DNA from: Kiritimatiellia bacterium
Lineage (GTDB): Bacteria > Verrucomicrobiota > Kiritimatiellia > RFP12 > JAAYLN01
DNA: 64,000 nucleotides
Reading direction: 5' to 3'
Assembly: GCA_045627605.1 (NCBI GenBank)
Contig: JAZQOA010000072.1
Coordinates: 28,005-92,004 of the forward strand
This document shows positions 1-6,917 of the stretch, in pieces. The position numbers were made by a program, and so were the translations under genes. How positions within the stretch are numbered: the stretch's first letter is position 1; each line of letters begins with the position of its first letter. The notes beneath the pieces are model-generated. The model did not search any database. It saw only the letters and a program-made list of their open reading frames with translations, and was not told the origin of the DNA.

Positions 1-390
1 GACATCGCGGTCTTCCTCGACATTCACAGCCCGTGGGTGCGCGGCGAGTGGAATGAGCGCGTGTACATGACGTATGGCCCGAGTGAAACCGGCAACGCCG
101 CGAAAAAGCGCTGGGGCGAAATTCTCGAACGGGTGCAGACCGGTTCGCTCGCCTACAAGGTGGCGGACAACTTCCCCTGGAACTTCGGTTGGAACGCGCC
201 GTCAAATGTCGCCGCGGGGCAGCGGAGCGCCGGTGGCTGGGCCTTCGACATCTTGAAACGCCCGCTTCTCGTCGGCACTTACGAAATCCCCTTCGCGAAA
301 GCCAACGGCAAGGTTGTGACGCCGCAGGCCTGCCGTGAATTCGGCGCCGACTCCGCGCGGGTCTTGCGCGAATTCATCGAAACGGCGTAG
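1..390 (+). CDS. hypothetical protein, C-terminal part (5' end outside window)
   Basis: Frame 1 is open from the window edge to TAG at 388-390 with coding-like composition. No family motif recognised beyond a weak FLDIHS string. Confidence 0.5.
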   Translation, partial: DIAVFLDIHSPWVRGEWNERVYMTYGPSETGNAAKKRWGEILERVQTGSLAYKVADNFPWNFGWNAPSNVAAGQRSAGGWAFDILKRPLLVGTYEIPFAKANGKVVTPQACREFGADSARVLREFIETA

Positions 391-463
391 ACGGTGGCAT
401 TTTTTTAAGTCGAATTTGGTATAGTATAGGGAAGTAAAAACTCCAATCGAAAGGAACTGCACG

Positions 464-1261
464 ATGAATCTCCTCGTTCGCACAACGCCTGTCCAGGGCT
501 ACAACAAGATTTTCGACGTGGGCGAATACGGCATGAAGCTCACGAAGTTTGGCCTTCTCCACCTCGCCAAGGGAACCGAGTTCAAGGATGACACGGGCGA
601 GATGGAAGTTGCGCTTGTCCTTGTCGGCGGCAACTTCGCCGCGAAAGGCGACGGGTGGGCGTTTGAGGTCGCGGACGGTCGCAAGAGCCCGTTCACGGGG
701 AAGCCCCATTGCCTCTATCTCCCGCGCCATACGGCCTACGCGATTTCCGCGACGACGGACGTCGAGCTCGCCTTCAACGCCTCGCCCGCGACGCGCGACA
801 CCGCCCGCCCGACGTTGATCAAGCCCGAGGACACCCGCCACATTGCGCTTGGCAAGGACAATTGGACGCGAACCTCCGAAATCATCCTCGACGAGAAGTT
901 CGACTCCGAGCACTTCTATATCGGCGAGGGCATGATCCCCTCCGGCAATTGGTCCGGCTACCCGAGCCACCGGCACGACGTCAACAATCCGCCGACTGAG
1001 CTCGACATGGAGGAGACCTACTTCTACCTCTTCGACCCGCCCTGTGGCTTCGGATTCCAAAGCGTGTACCAGCCCGACGGCTCGCTCAACGAAGCCTACC
1101 GGGTGCAGAACTACGACACCGTCGCGATTGCCCAGGGCTACCACCCGCTCGTCGGGGCGCCCGGCTACCAGATGTACTACCTCTGGACGATGGCCGGCGC
1201 ACAGGGGCGGGGGCTCATCTCGTCCATGGATCCCGCGCATGCGTGGGTGAAGAATGGTTAA
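464..1261 (+). CDS. iolB: 5-deoxy-glucuronate isomerase (IolB)
   Basis: 265 aa with an ATG start. The C-terminal half matches my recollection of B. subtilis IolB (GNWSGYPSHRHD, EETYFY, GYHP, YYLW, DPAHAW). The last codons and stop (AAT GGT TAA) lie inside the left TIR of the adjacent element. Confidence 0.85.
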   Translation: MNLLVRTTPVQGYNKIFDVGEYGMKLTKFGLLHLAKGTEFKDDTGEMEVALVLVGGNFAAKGDGWAFEVADGRKSPFTGKPHCLYLPRHTAYAISATTDVELAFNASPATRDTARPTLIKPEDTRHIALGKDNWTRTSEIILDEKFDSEHFYIGEGMIPSGNWSGYPSHRHDVNNPPTELDMEETYFYLFDPPCGFGFQSVYQPDGSLNEAYRVQNYDTVAIAQGYHPLVGAPGYQMYYLWTMAGAQGRGLISSMDPAHAWVKNG

Positions 1262-1774
1262 ATGGTTAAATGGTTAAATTGCGCAGAGCGCTTTAAATCG
1301 CGCAGGGTGCTTTAAGTTGCACAGAGTGCTTTAAGTTTTCGGGAGCGGGTGATGACGGACGTTGGAAGGGAGCTAAGCGCACGTAGTTTTGACTTTGCCT
1401 TGCGCATTGTGAAGTTGGCGCAGGACCTTTCCGGCGGGAAGGGTGAAAATGTGCTGTCGAGACAAGTTCTGCGAAGCGGGACGAGCATCGGGGCAAATTT
1501 GCGCGAATCGATTTTCGCCCAATCGACGGCGGATTTTGTCTCGAAGTTGAGCATTGCCTTGAAGGAAGCGTCTGAAACGCAGTATTGGCTTGAACTTCTT
1601 CATGCGGCTGGTTATCTTGAAGAGGGGGGAGTTCGTCTCGCTCAAGGACGATGTCGACTGGCTCGTTGGAACGCTCGTAAATGTTGTCAAGACCAACAAG
1701 CGCAAACTCAACCGCCAATAACCCTCAATTTAACCATTTAACCATTTAACTTTTTAACTTTTTAACCATTCAAC
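1256..1774. mobile_element. TIR-bounded AT-rich element carrying a four-helix-bundle protein gene (IVS-like cassette)
   Basis: GTTAAATGGTTAAATGGTTAAAT at 1257-1279 and its exact reverse complement at 1728-1750, followed by degenerate TTTTTAAC copies to 1774. Three internal 18-19-nt units (TGCGCAGAGCGCTTTAAA type) at 1280-1335. AT-rich relative to the flanks. Confidence 0.65.
1352..1721 (+). pseudogene. four-helix-bundle protein (PF05635/TIGR02436-like, '23S rRNA intervening sequence protein'), disrupted by a +1 frameshift at a G6 run
   Basis: ATG at 1352 preceded by GGGAG. The N-terminal 90 aa fit the family pattern (SIGANLRES, LKEASETQYWLELL). After GGGGGG (1624-1629) the family-typical C-terminus EGEFVSLKDDVDWLVGTLVNVVKTNKRKLNRQ* is read only if one G is removed, giving a stop at 1719-1721. 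The as-sequenced frame instead runs on to 1741. Confidence 0.75.
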
Positions 1775-1778
1775 TCCC

Positions 1779-3512
1779 ATGTACTTGCTTGGCATAGACT
1801 TTGGCACGGGCGGATGCAAGGTGACGGCCGTCGATTACGAGGGCCGCCTTGTCGGCGACGCCTCCGTTGAATACGCGACCTATCACGAGCATCCCGGCTG
1901 GAGCGAGCAGGAGCCTTCCGACTGGTACGCGGCGATGTGCCAGGCGCTCGCCAAACTCGCCGCCAAGGGCGTCCGTCTCTCCGAGGTCGCCGCGCTCGCG
2001 CTCGACGGCTCCACGCACAACGCCGTGCTTCTCGGCCGCGACATGCGCCCCCTCCGCCGCACGATCATGTGGACTGACCAGCGCAGCACCGGGGAGTGCG
2101 CCTGGCTCCGCCGTGAAAAGGGCGATGAAATTTTCGCGACCTGCTACCAGATGCCTGCTCCGACCTGGACCTTGCCGCAGCTCATGTGGCTCAAGGCGCA
2201 CGAGCCCGAAGTCCTGGAACAGACGGCGCACGTCCTCTTTGTCAAGGACTACGTCCGCTTCCTCCTGACGGGGCATGTGGCGACGGACTACATCGAGGCG
2301 CAAGGCACGTTGATGTGCGACGTTAAATGGTTAAATAGCCCTACGGGCATTAAATGGTTAAATGGCCCTTCGGGCGTTAAAGAGTTAAATGGCCCTACGG
2401 GCGTTAAAGAGTTAAATGCGGCTTCGCCGTTGAATTTAAAGGCCTCTGGCCGATTTAACAATTTAACCTCTTATTGGGATTCCGATCTTGTCCAATTGTC
2501 AGGCTTGAAGATGTCCGCCATGCCGGAAATCATCAGGCCGACAGACGTTGTCGGCGGAGTGACTGCCGCAGCTTCTGCACAAACGGGGATTCCCGAAGGG
2601 ACGCCGGTTGTCTGCGGCACCAGCGACAGCGCCGTCGAGGACTATGGCGCGGGCGCCGTCGAGCCGGGCGACCTCATCATCAAGCTCGCCACGGCCGGCA
2701 ATGTCAACTCAATGACCGCCGCGCCGCATCCGCATCCAAAGACGCTCACCTACGCCCATGTCGTGCCGGGGATGTGGTACAGTGTGAGCGCCACCAACGC
2801 CGCGGCGCTTTGCCAGCGCTGGATGCGCGACACTTTTTTTGTTAAATGGTTAAATGGCCCTACGGGCATTAAAGAGTTAAATAGCCCTACGGGCATTAAA
2901 GAGTTAAATGCGGCTTCGCCGTTGAATTTAAAGGCCGCAGGCCGATTTAACAATTTAAAGCAATGCGATTTAACTTCTTACGAGGTGATGGATGCCGAAG
3001 CCGCGCAGTCGCCCATTGGCGCGGGAGGGGTGATGTTCCACCCGTACCTCCAGGGCGAGCGCTGCCCGTATTGGGATGCTAATCTCCGCGCCTCGTTTAC
3101 GGGCGTTTCGATTTCGTCGTCGCGCGGCGATTTTTGCCGTGCGCTTCTCGAAGGCGTGGCCTTCTCGTTGCGCGACTGCTACGGCACCCTTGAGGAGATG
3201 GGGCTTCCCGTCTCGCGCATTTTCCTGATTGGCGGAGGCGCGAAGTCCGCGCTCTGGAGCGAGATCGTCTGCAACGTCTTTGGCAAGCCCGTCGCAGTGC
3301 CCGCGCCTGCCGACGCCTCATTTGGCGCGGCGCTTCTGGCGGGCGTTGGCACGGGCGTCTTCGCAGACGCCAAGGCCGCCGTCGCCCAGTGCCTGCACAT
3401 CGCGCGGCGCATCGAGCCGGTGGCGGAGTCCGTCCGGGCCTATGACGCGCTCTACGCCCGCTACAAGGCCGTGCACGATGCCCTCGCGCCGGTTTATTCC
3501 GAAAGCAAATGA
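1779..3512 (+). CDS. xylB: FGGY-family carbohydrate kinase (xylulokinase-like) carrying two in-frame repeat-element insertions
   Basis: 577 aa. N-terminus MYLLGIDFGTGGCKV, then PGWSEQEPSDWY, TDQRS, GTSDS and LIGGGAKS motifs of FGGY kinases. It is about 90 aa longer than typical family members because of two AT-rich insertions. Confidence 0.75.
   Translation: MYLLGIDFGTGGCKVTAVDYEGRLVGDASVEYATYHEHPGWSEQEPSDWYAAMCQALAKLAAKGVRLSEVAALALDGSTHNAVLLGRDMRPLRRTIMWTDQRSTGECAWLRREKGDEIFATCYQMPAPTWTLPQLMWLKAHEPEVLEQTAHVLFVKDYVRFLLTGHVATDYIEAQGTLMCDVKWLNSPTGIKWLNGPSGVKELNGPTGVKELNAASPLNLKASGRFNNLTSYWDSDLVQLSGLKMSAMPEIIRPTDVVGGVTAAASAQTGIPEGTPVVCGTSDSAVEDYGAGAVEPGDLIIKLATAGNVNSMTAAPHPHPKTLTYAHVVPGMWYSVSATNAAALCQRWMRDTFFVKWLNGPTGIKELNSPTGIKELNAASPLNLKAAGRFNNLKQCDLTSYEVMDAEAAQSPIGAGGVMFHPYLQGERCPYWDANLRASFTGVSISSSRGDFCRALLEGVAFSLRDCYGTLEEMGLPVSRIFLIGGGAKSALWSEIVCNVFGKPVAVPAPADASFGAALLAGVGTGVFADAKAAVAQCLHIARRIEPVAESVRAYDALYARYKAVHDALAPVYSESK
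2322..2474 (+). mobile_element. MITE-like (ORF-less) derivative A of the 1256-1774 element family, in frame inside the kinase gene
   Basis: Left end GTTAAATGGTTAAAT (2322-2336). Right end ATTTAACAATTTAAC (2453-2467) pairs with it at 14/15 positions as an inverted repeat. The interior is five roughly 23-27-nt units, each a TTAAA-type block plus an 11-nt GC mini-hairpin (GCCCTACGGGC and similar). Translated as VKWLNSPTG-IKWLNGPSG-VKELNGPTG... Boundaries are +/-10 nt. Confidence 0.7.
2841..2981 (+). mobile_element. MITE-like (ORF-less) derivative B of the same family, in frame inside the kinase gene
   Basis: Same left end GTTAAATGGTTAAAT (2841-2855) and same unit order as copy A, with one fewer GCCC hairpin unit. 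Right end ATTTAACAATTTAAA...ATTTAAC (2945-2974). Same orientation and codon phase as copy A. Confidence 0.7.
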
Positions 3513-3565
3513 CACACGCCGGTTCTGCCTGGGCGGCGCCGGAGCCAACTTCAAGGAGAAATGAG

Positions 3566-4957
3566 ATGAAATTCGCGGTCATGCTTGCCAACCGGGGCTT
3601 TTTCCCCGGGGAACTGATAGCCGGGGCTCGGGAAGACCTCCGCAAGGCGCTTGCCGCCTGTGGACACGAGGCGCTTTTCATGGAAGGCGCGGGGACGCGC
3701 TACGACGCCGTCGAGACGATGGAGGAGGGGCGCAAGTTCGCCGACTTTCTCGCCGCCCGCAAGGGCCAGTACGATGGCGTCATCCTTTCGCAGCCCAACT
3801 TCGGCGATGAAAACGGTGCTTTCGTGGCGCTCCGCGACGCCGGCGTGCCGATCCTCGTCCAGGCCTACCCCGACGAGGCGGGGCTCATGGACTTCGCCCA
3901 CCGCCGCGACGCGCTTTGCGGCAAGCTTGCCATGTGCAACGTGCTGCGCCAGGCCGGGATCAGGCACTCGCTTACGCGTCGCTTCTGCGTCAAGCCGGAC
4001 TCCGCCGACTTCGCCGAGGACTTGCGCCTCTTCGCCGCCACCTGCCGGGTGGCGAACGGCATGCGCCGCGTCAACGTCGGCGCAATTGGCGCGCGCACAA
4101 CGGCTTTCAAGACGGTGCGCTTCGACGAGGTCGCCTTTATGGGCGCCGGCATCAACGTCGAGACCATCGACCTCTCGCTCGTCTTCAAGCTCATGGACGA
4201 AGCCGATCCCGCCGCCGTTGCCGCCATGGGGAAACGCCATGCCGACTACGCGGATTTCGGCACGTGGCCGGAGGAGAAGGCCGAAAACCTCGCCCGCCTC
4301 GGCGTGGCGCTCGACATTGTCCGCGACCGCTTCGGTCTTGACGCCATGGCCATCCGATGCTGGGACGAGCTCCAGCTCCGCTACGGCATCGCCCCGTGCC
4401 TGGCGATGAGCATCCTCAACCAGGACGGCCTACCCGCCTCATGCGAGATGGATGTCGACAATGCGGTCATGATGCGCGCGATCAATCTTGCCTCCGGGGC
4501 TCCCGTCGCGGTTTTCGACGTCAACAACAACTTTGGCGACGCCGCAGACCGCTGCATCATGTTCCATTGTTCAGCGATGCCCGCCGGCATGATGGTCGGC
4601 AAGCCATCCGTCGGTGAACACGCCATGTTCAGGAAGGCTTACGGCGCCGGTTCCGGCGTCGGCATCCTCAACGCCCCCGTCGCGAAGTCGCCCCTTACCG
4701 TTGGCAGCCTCAAGACGGAGAACGGCAAGGTCTGCGCCTTCGTCACGGAAGGCGAAATCACAGACGACAAGATCGAGGAGGCCTTTTTCGGCACGGGCTT
4801 CGTCTTCCGCAAGGACGACGGAGATTGCGAGGCCATGCTCCGCTATATGGCGAGGAACGGCTACCGCCACCACGTTTCCTTTGCCGCCGGCAAGTGGGCG
4901 GCGGCCATCGCGGAAGCCTTCGGCACCTACCTCGGCTACGCTGTCGACAGAATTTAG
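3566..4957 (+). CDS. L-fucose/L-arabinose isomerase family protein
   Basis: 463 aa from the ATG at 3566, with AAGGAG at 3553-3558. The pattern QPNFGDENG...RRDALCGKLAMCNVLRQ resembles the FucI/AraA-family N-terminal and central region. The track start at 3509 is upstream of the SD. Confidence 0.7.
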   Translation: MKFAVMLANRGFFPGELIAGAREDLRKALAACGHEALFMEGAGTRYDAVETMEEGRKFADFLAARKGQYDGVILSQPNFGDENGAFVALRDAGVPILVQAYPDEAGLMDFAHRRDALCGKLAMCNVLRQAGIRHSLTRRFCVKPDSADFAEDLRLFAATCRVANGMRRVNVGAIGARTTAFKTVRFDEVAFMGAGINVETIDLSLVFKLMDEADPAAVAAMGKRHADYADFGTWPEEKAENLARLGVALDIVRDRFGLDAMAIRCWDELQLRYGIAPCLAMSILNQDGLPASCEMDVDNAVMMRAINLASGAPVAVFDVNNNFGDAADRCIMFHCSAMPAGMMVGKPSVGEHAMFRKAYGAGSGVGILNAPVAKSPLTVGSLKTENGKVCAFVTEGEITDDKIEEAFFGTGFVFRKDDGDCEAMLRYMARNGYRHHVSFAAGKWAAAIAEAFGTYLGYAVDRI

Positions 4958-4992
4958 ACGAGCCCGTCTTTTCGCGGAATAGTTATTGACCC

Positions 4993-6843
4993 ATGCAAGA
5001 TTTCATGTATTCGATCGTCGGCGTGCTTGCGCTTGTCATCCACGTCATCGTCAATCCGTCGCTGTTCAGGAGAAGCGGCGCGAACGGCAGGAAGTCCGGC
5101 GCGTATTCCTTCCTGATGCTCGCCATCTTCGCCTACTATGTCACGGACGCCTTCTGGGGGCTTTTCGCCGGGCTCAACAACATCCCGCTCCTCTTTGTCG
5201 ACACGACGATCTACTACGTCGCCATGGCCTCGGCCCTGGCCTGCTGGTCAAGCTACATCATCGAATACCTCGAGCTTGATAGTTTCACCAGCAAGGCGGT
5301 CAAGTACGTCGCCTGGACCTTCTTCTACGCCGAGATCACGGCGCTGGCGGTCAACTTCTTCTACCCCTGCTTCTTCTGGTTCGACGAAAACGACGCCTAC
5401 CAGGCGGGCGCCATCCGCCACGCGGCCCTCTGGATCCAGGTGGTGCTGTTCTTCTTCACCGTCCTCGTCACCGGCCAGAAGGCCCTGCACGTCAAGGGAA
5501 TCGTCCGGTCGCGGCACCTGGCCATCTTCTTCTTCAGCACCGTGATGATGCTGGCCAACTTCTTCCAGGCGCTCTACCCGCTCCTGCCGGTTTACGCGAT
5601 GGGCTGCCTGATTGGCTGCTGCATCCTCCACGTCTACGTCGTCGAGGACGAGCGCGAGGAGTACCGGAAGATCATCGCCGAGGAAAAGAACAGCGCGGAG
5701 GCGGCGAACCGGGCGAAGACGGCCTTCCTCTTCAGCATGTCGCACGACATCCGCACGCCGATGAACGCCATCCTCGGCTACGTGGCCATGGCCAGGAAAA
5801 AGTCCGCCGACCCCGTCGTCACCGACTACCTGAAGAAGGTCGACATCGCGGGAAACCAGCTTCTCGCCCTGGTCAACCAGGTCCTTGAAATGTCGCGCAT
5901 TGAGTCCGGGAGCATCGTCCTCCAGGAGCAGAAGATCAACGTCGAGGAAGGTGCGGAAGTCGTCCGCGCCGTGTATAGGGCGCAGGCAAGGGCCAAGGGA
6001 ATTTCGCTCGACGTCGAACTCCGCGGCGTGACCCACAAGCACCTGATTGGCGATGCCGACTGCATTTCCCGAATCACAAACAACCTGGTCGGAAACGCAA
6101 TCAAGTACACCCGCGAAGGCGGTTCCATCTGCTCCTGCGTGGAGGAGGAGCCCTGCGAAAAGCCCGGGTTCGTCATCTCGCGGTTGACGGTGGAGGACAC
6201 CGGCATTGGAATCAGCGAGGAATACCTCCCGCATATCTTCGAGGAGTTCTCGCGGGAAGATACGTCGACGGTCAGCCATATCCAGGGCTCGGGCCTGGGC
6301 ATGTCCATCGTCAAAAGGCTCGTGGACTTGATGGGCGGCACGATCGAGGTCACGTCAAAGCTCGGCGCGGGGTCGAAGTTCGTCGTGCGGGTTCCGCTGA
6401 AGATCGACACGGAATTTAAGGAGGAGGCCGCGGGCGAAGCCGCGCTGCAGGACGTCTCCCTTAAGGGAATGAAGATCCTCCTGGTCGAGGACAACGAGAT
6501 GAACCGCGAGATCGCGATGGACATCCTCGGCGACACCGGCGCGGAAATCGACGTGGCGGAAGACGGCGTGGTCGCCGTTGAAAAAGTGGCGAATTCCGCG
6601 CCGGGACGGTACGACGTGATTCTGATGGACGTCCAGATGCCGCGCATGGACGGCTACGAGGCCACCCGGCGGATTCGCGCCCTGGCGGACAAGGAGCGGG
6701 CCTCGGTCAAAATCTTCGCAATGACCGCGAACGCCTTTGCCGAAGACAAGCAGAACGCGCTGGACGCCGGAATGGACGGCCATTTGGCAAAGCCAATCGA
6801 CGTCCCGAAGTTGCTGGCCACCCTGTCGGGCTTGAAGAAGTAA
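4993..6843 (+). CDS. hybrid sensor histidine kinase (multi-TM N-terminus, HisKA, HATPase_c, receiver)
   Basis: 616 aa. Hydrophobic N-terminal third, H-box FSMSHDIRTPMNAILGY, G-boxes (DTGIGI, GSGLGMSIV) and C-terminal REC (ILLVEDNEMN...MDVQMPRMDG...AKP). Confidence 0.9.
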   Translation: MQDFMYSIVGVLALVIHVIVNPSLFRRSGANGRKSGAYSFLMLAIFAYYVTDAFWGLFAGLNNIPLLFVDTTIYYVAMASALACWSSYIIEYLELDSFTSKAVKYVAWTFFYAEITALAVNFFYPCFFWFDENDAYQAGAIRHAALWIQVVLFFFTVLVTGQKALHVKGIVRSRHLAIFFFSTVMMLANFFQALYPLLPVYAMGCLIGCCILHVYVVEDEREEYRKIIAEEKNSAEAANRAKTAFLFSMSHDIRTPMNAILGYVAMARKKSADPVVTDYLKKVDIAGNQLLALVNQVLEMSRIESGSIVLQEQKINVEEGAEVVRAVYRAQARAKGISLDVELRGVTHKHLIGDADCISRITNNLVGNAIKYTREGGSICSCVEEEPCEKPGFVISRLTVEDTGIGISEEYLPHIFEEFSREDTSTVSHIQGSGLGMSIVKRLVDLMGGTIEVTSKLGAGSKFVVRVPLKIDTEFKEEAAGEAALQDVSLKGMKILLVEDNEMNREIAMDILGDTGAEIDVAEDGVVAVEKVANSAPGRYDVILMDVQMPRMDGYEATRRIRALADKERASVKIFAMTANAFAEDKQNALDAGMDGHLAKPIDVPKLLATLSGLKK

Positions 6844-6851
6844 TCGGCGGA

Positions 6852-6917
6852 CTCGCGCTCTACGCCCGCTGCAAGGCCGTGCACGACGCCCTCGCACTGG
6901 TCTGTTCCGTCTTTTAG
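6852..6917 (+). pseudogene. orphan 3'-end fragment of a xylulokinase-like gene
   Basis: 6855-6895 matches 3447-3487 (the end of the intact kinase gene) at 39/41 nt by hand alignment, then 10/14, and ends at its own stop TAG (6915-6917). Reads ALYARCKAVHDALALVCSVF* versus ALYARYKAVHDALAPVYSESK*. Confidence 0.7.

Noticed and set aside
374-1240. Long antisense or overlapping ORFs throughout the window (for example 374-1240 -, 11901-13889 -, 15165-17435 -, 18893-20338 -, 24961-27195 -, 32932-35253 +, 43917-46145 -, 56241-59927 -)
   Set aside because: Each lies opposite or out of frame to a gene with clear family motifs. Their products are Arg/Ala/Gly/Pro-rich, as expected for stop-poor alternative frames in GC-rich DNA.
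2322-2981. Reading the VKELNGPTG-type nonapeptides as a genuine protein repeat domain of the kinase
   Set aside because: The same DNA grammar and the same terminal motif occur non-coding around the four-helix-bundle gene (1256-1774). The segments are strongly AT-shifted relative to the gene, carry terminal inverted repeats, and consist of nucleotide-level hairpins. A DNA-element origin explains all of this better.
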